NCBI GenBank assembly: GCA_965232115.1
Contig: OZ246958.1
Span: 52,481 to 116,480 of the forward strand
Origin: Candidatus Poribacteria bacterium
GTDB lineage: Bacteria; Poribacteria; WGA-4E; WGA-3G
Reading direction: 5' to 3'
DNA length: 64,000 nt
The notes beneath the pieces are model-generated. The model saw only the letters and a list, made by a program, of their open reading frames with translations, searched no databases and was not told the origin of the DNA. Both the position numbers and the translations under genes were made by a program. Positions 34,841 through 44,708 of the stretch are shown here, piece by piece (position 1 is the first letter of the stretch; each line of letters starts with the position of its first letter).

Positions 34841-37344
34841 TAGCGATTGAATAGGAAGGCGGGACTGTTAATCAACGCCCATAACAGGTCTTGCGCGCCT
34901 TCCTCTTTCGATTCGGCGTTCGCGAGATGTTCAATCGCTACTGCATATTCGTTCTTCTCTGGTAACCGAGAAAGCGTTGCGAGATAAAGTTCTTCAACGA
35001 GAGCCCGGTCGTCTTGATTCGTTTTGATAAGTTGTGCGATACGTCCTTCTGGATCAATGAGTGCTTCCGCAACCGTCGGTCCATTAATGAGATTCATTGC
35101 GTGTGCGAGGCTAACCTCAGTGGTGCGTTCACATTCACAGGAAGTTTCGCGTTCAGGTCTACCAAACAACTTCAAAAATCCATCATCTTTGACCTTGCTG
35201 TCTGGTAACTGTACGGCTCGGAAGTTTTTCGGTACCTCTTCAAACCGCGGTCGGCTTCCCGTTGCGACCCCGATAGCATCAAGTAGCTGCTCTGCCGTCA
35301 AACGTCTGGCAACGGCGTGCGAAAAGTTAATTGTGTCAGCCTTGTTCCACTCGTTCGTTTTGATGCTCTGCTGATAGGTGCGAGAACGTGTGATTGTTTT
35401 CATGATGTGCTTCATGTCAAATCCGCTGTCCACGAAATCCTTCGTCAACGCATCAAGCAACTCAGGGTTAGTGGGTGGATTACTTGTGCGAATATCGTCC
35501 ACAGGTTCAATAATCCCACGTCCCATGAAGTAGCTCCAGATCCGATTCGCGCCTGCGCGAGCAAACATCGGATTGTCTTCAGAGGTGAGCCACGCTGCGA
35601 GTATCTGACGTTTATCATCAGTTTTTGCGGCAACTTCCCCGAACGGAACTGACGGCTCAACGACTGCTAAGGTTCGCGGGTGCTTCACCGGTTCCGTGGT
35701 GTAATTGGCATAGACGACTTCATCGCCGGGAAGCTGCCCCGGTTTGACCCTGACATCCGCGAAGAATGCGCCGAGTTCGTAGTATTGATTTTGCGTCCAT
35801 TTTTCAAACGGATGGTCGTGACATTTGTTACACGAGAATCGAACACCCAAGAAAAGCTGCGTTGTATTTTCCACTGCAGCGGTGTATTCACGAGAGACAC
35901 GGAAATAACTCGCTGCAGGATTCGTGTAGGTACTACCCGTTGCGGTAATCAGATCTCGCACAAACTCGTCATACGGACGATTCTCGGCGATCGCTTGATG
36001 AATCCACTGCTGGAAGAGCCAGACCCCACGTTCACCGAGGAATTTACGGTTAGACTGTAACAGATCGCCCCATTTATGGGTCCAGTGATCAACAAACTCT
36101 GAGGTCTCAACAAGGGTATCAATGAGCTGCTCCCGTTTTACCTTTGATGGTGTTTTGTCGGTCAGGAAACCCCGAACCTGCTTCGGGGTGGGCGGAATAC
36201 CTGTTAAATCGAAATAGATACGCCGGACAAATTCCTCATCCGTACAAAGTTCAGAAGGTAGAACCTTCATCCGCTTTAGTTTATTGTGAACGTGCGTATC
36301 AATGTAATTATACTCTGGGGTTTCAACCCACTTGTAGCCCCTCCGGTCGCCCATCACGATGATATTGTTTGTGCTATAGGCACCCTCATACCGAGTCAGG
36401 ATAGCAGTTTCACCGCGACGTTCCGCGGTTACCACACCCTTGTCCGTGACGTTTGCCACTTCGTTGACGCTACTTGTGAATTTCGCCTCACGGGTGACAT
36501 CTCGTGTGGTTCCATCTGGATAGTGCGCGATGACTATAAGTTGTTGCTTCATACCCGGCACCGCGAGTTCAGCAGAATCGGGTAAAACTTCTAACCTTTC
36601 CACGCGCTTAGTGGTTTCAACATCTGGAATAGCACCTTCCGTTATCCACTGATGAATAACACTGTAATCCCGCTCCCCTGGAACGATGACCTGCCCGCCT
36701 TTATGTGGCACTTCGGAAGTCGGTTTTAACAGCATTAGGCTCTGTTCAGGAAACGCGCGGTTGAAACGTCTACCAGATATATCTTCAATCAGCAGTTCAT
36801 AATCAAAATCTGGATCGTAACCGCGAAGTGAGAGTTTGAACCCGTTTTTGCCTTTTGCTGCACCGTGACACGTACCGTTATTACACCCAGCATGGCTCAA
36901 AATAGGCATTACATCCCGCACAAAACTGACGGGTTCTGCCTCCATGCTCTTGACATTCACAGGCAATTCGGTAGTCACACCCTTGACGGTGACCGTAATT
37001 TTCGTTGTACCAACTGTCATCGGGAAGATATAACCATCTTCGTGCACCTTCACACCCGCGCTGGCAGGCATCAGCACAGCCCATGGTGTTACATCTACCC
37101 ATTTGCCATCTTTTGTCTTACCTGACACGAGCACGGTTCTACCATCACGGGCATGCTCCAATGTCAATGACTCCGGATGAACCCTCAACTCCGTTAAAGC
37201 GACGTTTGCAAGCCAATCTTGCTCCGTCGCAGCCTCTGCCCTTGTTGCTTTCTCTATCGGATTCCATCCGGTTAATTGGAACCCGAAACAAACAAGGCAT
37301 GCAACAAAAAGCACTGTTACAAAGTTCAACCTGGGTTTCATCAA
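34840..37344 (-). CDS. DUF1549 / Big_2 / DUF1553 protein (PSD1-type)
   Basis: Motifs DVMPILSHAGCNNGTCHG, the mid-region FSCNKCHDHPFEKWTQ and C-terminal PAFLFNR are typical of the planctomycete DUF1549-DUF1553 architecture. Confidence 0.85.
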   Translation of the reverse strand: MMKPRLNFVTVLFVACLVCFGFQLTGWNPIEKATRAEAATEQDWLANVALTELRVHPESLTLEHARDGRTVLVSGKTKDGKWVDVTPWAVLMPASAGVKVHEDGYIFPMTVGTTKITVTVKGVTTELPVNVKSMEAEPVSFVRDVMPILSHAGCNNGTCHGAAKGKNGFKLSLRGYDPDFDYELLIEDISGRRFNRAFPEQSLMLLKPTSEVPHKGGQVIVPGERDYSVIHQWITEGAIPDVETTKRVERLEVLPDSAELAVPGMKQQLIVIAHYPDGTTRDVTREAKFTSSVNEVANVTDKGVVTAERRGETAILTRYEGAYSTNNIIVMGDRRGYKWVETPEYNYIDTHVHNKLKRMKVLPSELCTDEEFVRRIYFDLTGIPPTPKQVRGFLTDKTPSKVKREQLIDTLVETSEFVDHWTHKWGDLLQSNRKFLGERGVWLFQQWIHQAIAENRPYDEFVRDLITATGSTYTNPAASYFRVSREYTAAVENTTQLFLGVRFSCNKCHDHPFEKWTQNQYYELGAFFADVRVKPGQLPGDEVVYANYTTEPVKHPRTLAVVEPSVPFGEVAAKTDDKRQILAAWLTSEDNPMFARAGANRIWSYFMGRGIIEPVDDIRTSNPPTNPELLDALTKDFVDSGFDMKHIMKTITRSRTYQQSIKTNEWNKADTINFSHAVARRLTAEQLLDAIGVATGSRPRFEEVPKNFRAVQLPDSKVKDDGFLKLFGRPERETSCECERTTEVSLAHAMNLINGPTVAEALIDPEGRIAQLIKTNQDDRALVEELYLATLSRLPEKNEYAVAIEHLANAESKEEGAQDLLWALINSPAFLFNR

Positions 37345-37549
37345 AAATTCGGCGTGGAAACGCCGTCCTCCTTAAATTGCTTTTTTAGCGATTAGGTTTT
37401 CGCTGAGCGTTTCTCCATTGTCGAAAATTGGTTTCTGTCTAATTCGTTGGCGAAGTTAAAGAACCTGACTTATACATTAAAAGCCTTGATTGTCGTTAGT
37501 GTTCAGCAATTTATCCCAACTATCTGCGTTGATTCTGTATCAATTTAGT

Positions 37550-38479
37550 CTATGTAAGATCCCAGAGCAGTACGGTGTGATCATCGCCGCCGCTGGCGAG
37601 GACACCCCCAGCAGGCGAATACTTAACACTCCTGACACTTCCTGTATGCCCTGTGAGTGTCCGTTTAGACGCACCTGTCTCAACATCCCACAAACGGATC
37701 GTATTATCGTTTCCACCGCTCGCGATAGCCGCACCGTCAGGGGAATAAGCGACGCTCCAGACATAACCCGAATGTCCTGTGAGTGTCGTTATTAAGTCTC
37801 TTGTGTCTGTGCTCCATAACCGAACCGTGCCGTCAATGCTACCACTGACAAGGGTTTCCCCATCAGGCGAATAGGCGACTGAATCGACAATATGGGTATG
37901 TCCTTCAAGGGTTGCTCTATGTTTTCCAGTGGCGGCATCCCACAACACCACAGTGTCGTCCCCAGTTCCTGCTGCGAGGGTTCTCCCGTTAGGAGCATAC
38001 GCGACACATCTGATAGAGCCTGCGTGTCCTTCGAGCATATCTTTCGCCTCTCCTGTGCTGGCATCCCATAACCGCACTGTCCCGTCAGGACTCCCACTTG
38101 CGACGGTAGCACCATCTGCAGAATACGCAACACTCCTAACAGCATCCGTATGTCCGACAAGCGTCGCTGTCGGAGATCCACTGATCGCGTCCCAGAGAAC
38201 TACCCTATTGTCTATACTCCCGCTGGCAATCGCACTGCCATCAGGCGAATAGGCGACACATCTGACGTATTCCTTGTGTTCAACGAGAAGGTTAAGTCCG
38301 AGTCCGCTTTCCACATCATAGACCCAAACGCCAATGTCACATGCGACAGCAAGTTGTGTGCCGTCTGGTGAAAATGCTATATCTCCAGTTAGATTGCCTT
38401 GATCGAGACGTGCTTTGACTCCTTCAGGTAGATCTGATTGTGCGTTTAAATTTTCCAATGATATAGTATCCTTTTTCAA
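37550..38479 (-). CDS. WD40 repeat protein (7 blades)
   Basis: Seven repeats of GH...V.SVAYSPDG..(L/I)ASGS.D.T(V/I)(R/V)LWD. Confidence 0.9.
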   Translation of the reverse strand: MKKDTISLENLNAQSDLPEGVKARLDQGNLTGDIAFSPDGTQLAVACDIGVWVYDVESGLGLNLLVEHKEYVRCVAYSPDGSAIASGSIDNRVVLWDAISGSPTATLVGHTDAVRSVAYSADGATVASGSPDGTVRLWDASTGEAKDMLEGHAGSIRCVAYAPNGRTLAAGTGDDTVVLWDAATGKHRATLEGHTHIVDSVAYSPDGETLVSGSIDGTVRLWSTDTRDLITTLTGHSGYVWSVAYSPDGAAIASGGNDNTIRLWDVETGASKRTLTGHTGSVRSVKYSPAGGVLASGGDDHTVLLWDLT

Positions 38480-38627
38480 TTCAAGCTAAAATTTGCTGCA
38501 TTAATGTTATTTATGTTCTTATACTTGTATGACGTTTAAAACGTCAAAGTGACGTATAGATTTCAAATGATATGTGGAAATGGAACGTCCGTTGAACTTC
38601 TATCACCAATCAGGAAAATACGTCGCG

Positions 38628-39485
38628 CTATTTTTCACTTTTCAACTGTCCCCACACTATCGGTAGTTTTCCGATAGCAGCGACATCTGCAAATTCAGAT
38701 TCACTTGCCAGCCAATTGATGACGTTTTCGGTAAGCTTCTCCAACTGCTCAATATCTTCATTATTCTTGTGGTAGTTCGGGAGTCGCCAGTTCATGTTGA
38801 AGACTTTACCGTCTCCAGCCTCCCAATAGCCGAACGCTGCAATCCGGTCAGCCCAATCGTTAGCAGGGGGTCCCCAAGCATTGGCAAGCGTAATAAATTC
38901 CGTCCAAATTTTGTCGTAATAGTCTCCACTCTTCGGATAGCCAGTAGAATTAACTTGAATTCTATCGTCCACTTGGGGTGTTTTTCCGTCGATATTTTCG
39001 AGCCCCTCTGTCAACCCTAACTTAATCGTCTCCTCCAACACAGTAATACCGACTGCGATACCATCTTCTGCGACGGGACCGAACTGACGCGCCACCACTT
39101 TTTCAAGTCCGAAGTTAGTCGCGTGCCGAATTGCCCATCCCGTTAAGAGGACAGCCCCACCACTTTCGGCATAGTCCATAAATGCGTCAATCTCCGCAGG
39201 AGATAACTCACCCGGATCGGTATCCCCCTCATGCCACCAAATGACCCCGAACTGCTTGAATGTATTACTCTTCAAGTCTGCTTTACCAAGTAACTCCGTT
39301 TTGAATGTTTTTTCAGCAAATTCCAATGCGGGTGCGGTGAAGGGTCCCTCATCACCGAGATAGATAAACCCGACTTCCACTGCAGCATTAGTTATACTTA
39401 TACCAAAAAAGAGAAGAAATGTCAAACAAAATACGATTTGACGAAACTTGTACGCTAAATTTTGCCATTTAAAAGTCCGTGCCAT
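38628..39485 (-). CDS. Secreted hypothetical protein with the C-terminal GKLPIVWGQLK tail
   Basis: Signal/anchor. No confident family assignment. Shares its C-terminal tail with the two LamG proteins. Confidence 0.45.
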   Translation of the reverse strand: MARTFKWQNLAYKFRQIVFCLTFLLFFGISITNAAVEVGFIYLGDEGPFTAPALEFAEKTFKTELLGKADLKSNTFKQFGVIWWHEGDTDPGELSPAEIDAFMDYAESGGAVLLTGWAIRHATNFGLEKVVARQFGPVAEDGIAVGITVLEETIKLGLTEGLENIDGKTPQVDDRIQVNSTGYPKSGDYYDKIWTEFITLANAWGPPANDWADRIAAFGYWEAGDGKVFNMNWRLPNYHKNNEDIEQLEKLTENVINWLASESEFADVAAIGKLPIVWGQLKSEK

Positions 39486-39506
39486 TGTTATCTCCTTGGG
39501 CAGAAG

Positions 39507-40316
39507 CTACTTCGTCTGTACCTTTTTGGATTTGTTTTCTGGGCCACTATTGCATTTGCGAAGCCGTTCATTCGCCGTTTTTACAAAACCCGGTTCACCC
39601 TCGAATCCGATGAAATCCCGCTGATGGCGTTTACACACAACAGGACAAGTACCCACACCTGCAAACGGGTCTAAAACCAAATCCCCCGGTGATGAACTCG
39701 CGAAGACAATCCGCTCAATCAACTTTTCGGGTTTCTGGATTGTGTTGAGTGCCTTTCGATTTACCAATTCCTTCGACTTATAGGTTAACTGTTTTATATC
39801 TCCCCAAACGTCGCCAGGATTTTTCCCTTTCGGATTATATTTCGTCTTGCTAAATCTACCGTTGGTCACAGACGGCACATTTTCACACCGATTCCGATGC
39901 TCCAATTCAACAAGTTGTGCGACCCTAATGGCATCAAGGTTGTAGCACTGTGGTCTTTTCCCCTTGATGAAGTAACAGATGATGTCATAATTATTGGTGT
40001 AACTGATGCGTCCTTGTGCGAGCCGGCTCGGTTGATACCACACAATTTTTGAACGAAGGTTTAAAAACTGACGGTAGTCTATAAAGTCAATGCAGTCCGG
40101 TTTTCCAAATAGATAAAGTGCGCCACCGTCCTTAAGTTTCGGTGTAAAGCGTTCAATGAGTTTGAGATTAAATTCTTGAATTGAGGTAATCCTGTCCCAC
40201 GGTTCATCCGTTATGCCATAAGGTCCATCACAGACAATCAGATCCACAGAGGCATCTTCTATCTCCTTGAGTAGACGAAACGTGTCGCCACAATGGATGG
40301 TATTGCGTTCAAGCAT
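39507..40316 (-). CDS. Beta-class N6A/N4C DNA methyltransferase (N4/N6 MTase family)
   Basis: Catalytic CDGPYG (DPPY-like) lies N-terminal to the AdoMet motif VLDPFAGVGT. No adjacent endonuclease. Confidence 0.85.
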   Translation of the reverse strand: MLERNTIHCGDTFRLLKEIEDASVDLIVCDGPYGITDEPWDRITSIQEFNLKLIERFTPKLKDGGALYLFGKPDCIDFIDYRQFLNLRSKIVWYQPSRLAQGRISYTNNYDIICYFIKGKRPQCYNLDAIRVAQLVELEHRNRCENVPSVTNGRFSKTKYNPKGKNPGDVWGDIKQLTYKSKELVNRKALNTIQKPEKLIERIVFASSSPGDLVLDPFAGVGTCPVVCKRHQRDFIGFEGEPGFVKTANERLRKCNSGPENKSKKVQTK

Positions 40317-40349
40317 GATATAGTAAAATATAGGATAAAGGTAAGAATA

Positions 40350-40745
40350 TTATTGCGTCACCGCTGCAATTGCCATAGAGATCAAATTCATAGTTTCAGA
40401 TGATGATATCCTTCCTCGCTTCCAGAGAAACCGTTGGGTGTCAGTAGAAAGACTACGTAATTGGAGCGTATCAACTGCAGATAACTTTGTAAGTCCATTT
40501 GTGTCATCCGGCTCTAATTTTACATGCCATACATTACTCGCGAAATAATCTTTCCATTCTGTTATTGGACAAACAATAGCAATAGGTAACATGCCCACTT
40601 CGTCTGGACTCACCACGACAACAGGACGCTCGTATTTGATTTCGTTACCAATACTTCCCTGAAGATCTGCCTGCCAAATCTCCCCGCGGCTTACATAAAC
40701 AGGTGTAACCTTAGTATGTCGCACATTCATCAATAAAGTTTCCAA
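40350..40745 (-). CDS. MazF/PemK-family toxin
   Basis: Motifs RGEIWQADL...RPVVVVSPDE...AIVCPIT fit the PemK fold signature. 2-nt gap to the upstream small gene. Confidence 0.7.
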   Translation of the reverse strand: METLLMNVRHTKVTPVYVSRGEIWQADLQGSIGNEIKYERPVVVVSPDEVGMLPIAIVCPITEWKDYFASNVWHVKLEPDDTNGLTKLSAVDTLQLRSLSTDTQRFLWKRGRISSSETMNLISMAIAAVTQ

Positions 40746-40747
40746 AT

Positions 40748-40987
40748 CTATAAGTCTGCTGGGGGTTCGTCAGCCATTTGTTCATAATGCTCTTTCATTT
40801 GTTCAGATTGTTGCATTAGGAGCTGACGGCGCTTCTCTAACGAAAGGCACATGAAAGCTGCTTGGGGCGACTGTTCATCTACCTCTCTGTTAACCAAATC
40901 AACCAACAGATGGTAGGCGACGGGCAACTTGGCCTTTGGGAGTTTCTTTACGAGTTGCTCTAACTGAGTATGTGTGACTGTTTTCAT
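40748..40987 (-). CDS. Putative cognate antitoxin
   Basis: 79 aa starting at MKTVTHTQ (AGGAGA RBS). Acidic C-terminus. Assigned from its position immediately upstream of the toxin. Confidence 0.5.
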   Translation of the reverse strand: MKTVTHTQLEQLVKKLPKAKLPVAYHLLVDLVNREVDEQSPQAAFMCLSLEKRRQLLMQQSEQMKEHYEQMADEPPADL

Positions 40988-41081
40988 TTTTTTTCTCCTA
41001 AGTTTTGATACATATTCATAAACCACTTCTAATTTGATGGAACTATATTACCATTTTTGAAACCTTCGATTTGCGAAGGTT

Positions 41082-42542
41082 TTACATCGGTCCGACCCGC
41101 CGCGGTCCTATGTCCATAGCGAACATAGATGCATCAAAATTTCGTTTTAGCAATTCCATTTTGACCTCCTGTTTCGCAGGTATATGCCAGAGGTTGTTAA
41201 ATTCATCTGGATCATCAATCAGATCGTAGAGCTCGCCTTCATCGTGTCCGTGATAAACCACCACTTTGTAGTGCTTATCCCGGTACATAGTTGCGAAAGA
41301 GTGATCGGGCAGATCAACAGCGTCGTAATATTCGCATCGAACAAAGTCGCGATGGTGGTTCGGAGCCGCCTCGCCTCTCAGTATCGGTAGTAGCGAACGT
41401 CCGTGCATCTCTTCAGGCACCGTTAAACCTGCTAACTCCAAGAGGGTCGGTGCTTTATCAACGAGTTCAACGAGTGCGTCGCTTCTGAGACCGCTTGCAA
41501 ATTGCGCCTGCCATGCGAAAATCAGTGGTACCCTAACCAGACCTTCATAAAACCGGCAGCCTTTTTGTATAAGTCCGTGGTCGCCGAGTGTCTCGCCATG
41601 GTCGCTTGTGAAAATGATAACCGTGTTCTCCCGCTGCCCTATCTCTTCTAACGTATCAAGAATCCTGCCCAACTGTTCATCAATCAGTTGAATCATGGCA
41701 TAGTAAGCGGCTTTGAGGGTTTTGGCATCCCTTGCGCCGACTGCCTCCGCTTCCTGACGCGGTGATTTTTTAGGCGTATGGGGCAAAATTGGGCTGCGGA
41801 TATCTAACTCATCGGGTGTACGCACTTTGGACTGAAAATCAACTGCCTGTAACCGGGTCTGTTGTTCAAGATCGCTGTCTCGGAAGAGCGGTTCTGGCAT
41901 CTCCGCAGGATTAAACCGTTCGCGATGCGTCTGTGGAGGGTTGAACGGTGGATGCGGGTCGTAGATGTTGACGCTCGCGAGCCACGGACACTCCCGCTCC
42001 TCACGAATGAATTCAATCGTTTTCTCGGCACACCAGGTCGTCTGATGCAATTCTGCGGGTACGCCTTCCGGATTCCGATTCAACTCACCGAGTATATAGC
42101 CTTTTGAACGGACCCAATCGGCGTAGTCGTGTCCCTGTTCCCAGTCATCACGGGGTGCGTGGCTGTATTGCCAGTAAAGATATCCATCATCCGTGCGCGG
42201 TTCTATGCGGCGATAAGCACTCGCGAGATGGAGTTTGCCAATAAGTCCACAATCGTAACCGATGTCTGCGAGGGTGCGCGTCACAAGCGGATACGTACCC
42301 GGATAGAAGTCGTTCCCGTTGCGATTGGCGTGTGTTGCGCTCGGGTACATACCCGTGAGAAAACTCGCTCGACTCGGTGTACAGATAGGACTTTGACAAT
42401 AGGCATGCGTGAAGGCGACACCATCCGCTACTAAGCTATCAACGTGCGGAGTCGACACATACGGATTGCCCAATGCACCGATTGTGTCGTATCGTTGCTG
42501 ATCTGTGCAAACCCAGAGAATATTCGGGGTATTAGTAGCCAT
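41082..42542 (-). CDS. Sulfatase (formylglycine-dependent)
   Basis: Motifs NILWVCTDQQR, CQSPICTPSRASFLTG (C-x-P-x-R) and SDHGE. Confidence 0.9.
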   Translation of the reverse strand: MATNTPNILWVCTDQQRYDTIGALGNPYVSTPHVDSLVADGVAFTHAYCQSPICTPSRASFLTGMYPSATHANRNGNDFYPGTYPLVTRTLADIGYDCGLIGKLHLASAYRRIEPRTDDGYLYWQYSHAPRDDWEQGHDYADWVRSKGYILGELNRNPEGVPAELHQTTWCAEKTIEFIREERECPWLASVNIYDPHPPFNPPQTHRERFNPAEMPEPLFRDSDLEQQTRLQAVDFQSKVRTPDELDIRSPILPHTPKKSPRQEAEAVGARDAKTLKAAYYAMIQLIDEQLGRILDTLEEIGQRENTVIIFTSDHGETLGDHGLIQKGCRFYEGLVRVPLIFAWQAQFASGLRSDALVELVDKAPTLLELAGLTVPEEMHGRSLLPILRGEAAPNHHRDFVRCEYYDAVDLPDHSFATMYRDKHYKVVVYHGHDEGELYDLIDDPDEFNNLWHIPAKQEVKMELLKRNFDASMFAMDIGPRRVGPM

Positions 42543-42567
42543 ATATCAGCCTTTGCGTTTCTGCAGA

Positions 42568-42837
42568 TTAGAGAAAGAAACTCTTGATAAATGCAGCAAG
42601 GGCGATGAGCGTTGGGGTGAGCCACGCAGCATGCTTCCAAAAGCGCGCTGTAGACGCACGTTCCCCGTGTTGGATCGCGACAAGTTCTAACATTTTATCA
42701 AGTTTAACTTCAATACGATCCATGCGCGTTTCAAGGCGGTCCTGGCGGTTCTCTAATGCTTCAAACCGTTGAGACATTATCCTATCTTGTGCATCGAATC
42801 GCTGAGACATTATCTCTTTCAGTTCTTCTACTGTCAT
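42568..42837 (-). CDS. Small coiled-coil protein with a C-terminal TM helix
   Basis: 89 aa. Internal duplication IMSQRF(D/E)A. Hydrophobic tail. Architecture is reminiscent of XhlA-like proteins, at low confidence. Confidence 0.4.
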   Translation of the reverse strand: MTVEELKEIMSQRFDAQDRIMSQRFEALENRQDRLETRMDRIEVKLDKMLELVAIQHGERASTARFWKHAAWLTPTLIALAAFIKSFFL

Positions 42838-42863
42838 GAGAAACTCCTAATGTGCATCGCATG

Positions 42864-44462
42864 CTATTTAGTCGTCGCGCTAAATCCGGTCTCTTTAACA
42901 ATATTTGCCAGGTCAGCGGCACTAACAGTATTTTTACGGACTTTAATGATTGCCTGGTCAGGGAGAGAAACTTCAACACTGATAACGTTTTGGTGATGTG
43001 AAAGTGCATCCTGCACTTTTGCGACGCAAGCCCCTCACGTCATACCCGTCACAACCAAAGCGACATCTTCGCTACCGGTTGGCTCAATCGGCACGGACAT
43101 AAAGGCGTTCAGCAATTTTCCAGAAGCCGTGTCAAATACTCGGATTTTTCCGTCAAAACCGCCTGTAGCAAGCTGTTTGCCATCGGGATGGAAAGAGACA
43201 GCAAAAACAGCAACAGTATCACCTTGCATTGTAGCGAGACGTCTCCCATCAGTTACGTTATAAATACGAGTCTCACCACTGGCACATCCAGTAGCAAGCT
43301 GATTTCCGTCTGCTGAAAATGCGACACTCTCAATGGATCCCGATTGTGCTTCATAGGCTTGAATGAGGTTAAAATCGGTATTGCCGACATCTCTTCGGAT
43401 TTCGCGAAAAATTCTGTAGAGGCGTGGTATTCGGTCTTCGCCACCGCTCAAAACTTGATCTTCGGTCGGATGCCGTGCGATGGTATTAATTTCGCCATAG
43501 CCTTTGTTACTGGAGTTGATGTCATCAACAAAAGAACCTGTATCGACCTCCACCAATTTGAGAGCAGTATCACGTCCACAGCTCACAAAATGCGATCCAT
43601 CGGTGGAAAAAACCGTACCGAAAACCCAATCGCTGTGGTTGTCGAATTTAACGAGTTCTTTTTCGTCTGCAATAGATAACACACGCACAGTCTTATCGGA
43701 GCACCCAAAGGCAACACGGCTGGCATCTGGTGAGAAAGAGAGTCCATAGACAGTATCATAACTCGAACGCAGTGCTTTGATGAGAGTCTTCGTTGCGGTA
43801 TCCCATAATTGCACTTCGCCAAACTGCCCCGGAGAGCCCCCTGCAACTCCCAATATCTTTCCATCTGCTGTATACATCAGCGATTGTATGCGATGTGCTT
43901 TACCGACCAAGCGCGCTTTAAGTTCAAAGTTGGTTGCGTCATACAATAAAACTTCACGGAATCCTGATACTGCAAGGGTACTACCATCGTGTGAATATGC
44001 AAGAGCCGAAACCACAGGCGGTACTGTGTAAGTCGGATAGTTTCCGTCCCCGAGAGCATCAATTTCGGTGGGGGTATCGTCGTGTGCGCCTTCAAGAATC
44101 CAACGGCGGAACAGTTCGACCTCTTCAGCGGAGAGCGGTTCCATGTTCTGTGGCATCGCTGGTTCGTCGCCAGAGATAAGTGTAATAAGGAGACTTTCAT
44201 CAGGTTTCCCTGGGATGATTGCCTCTCCTGCCATGCCACCGTGCTTGAGATCGGCGTAGGTCGTCACAATCAGGTCGCCGTTCGGATCACCGGGGTGATG
44301 ACAGCCTTGACAACTCCGCTTGAGAATCGGAACAATTTGTGAGTGATAACTGACTGCTGAACCGCCACCATGATTGTCCGCTGCTACCAAAGGGCTCCAC
44401 ACGACAAAACAGAGTAGATAGACCGCTAAATGCATAATAAACGCTGATCTTAATTTCTTCAT
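42864..44462 (-). CDS. PSCyt1 (planctomycete cytochrome c) - WD40 propeller - HMA domain protein; candidate selenoprotein with in-frame TGA at 43037-43035
   Basis: The 475-aa ORF ends ...VALVVTGMT-TGA. The same frame continues GACVAKVQDAL...GFSATTK-TAG. Together these form a complete HMA fold with TGA at the first Cys position of GMTCxxC. N-terminal CQGCH and ...FRRWILEGA. Confidence 0.6.
43001..43019 (-). promoter_or_regulatory. SECIS-like hairpin AAAGUGCA-GGA-UGCACUUU
   Basis: Perfect 8-bp stem beginning 15 nt 3' of the in-frame UGA, with a G-rich apical loop about 23 nt from the UGA. Confidence 0.45.
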
Positions 44463-44605
44463 ATTTCCTGAAATCCTCCCAGCCGTTACGATACCATTCT
44501 ATAGCGAGTTGTGCAAGAAAATGCCACAATTAACATATTTTTCCAATAATTATACTACAATTTCACAACGAAATTCAACAAAAATCTTGCACCGAATATT
44601 TCTGG

Positions 44606-44634
44606 TTGACACGTGTCTTAAAATAGGATATACT
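44606..44634 (+). promoter_or_regulatory. Sigma70 promoter TTGACA - 17 nt - TATACT
   Basis: Read directly. About 75 nt upstream of the YceI start. Confidence 0.6.
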
Positions 44635-44708
44635 TCTTTTGCCTAATAAAGACAATACGCTTTATATTATGAAACTTAACCCTTAAACGAATTGAAGGAG
44701 ATTTTTCA

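Noticed and set aside
42782-43009. 75-aa ORF (MHFHITKTL...) in the gap after the PSCyt1-WD40 gene
   Set aside because: It is in a different frame from the upstream gene and has no domain-like sequence. The alternative frame, continuous with the upstream ORF through the TGA, encodes a textbook HMA domain and explains the region better.
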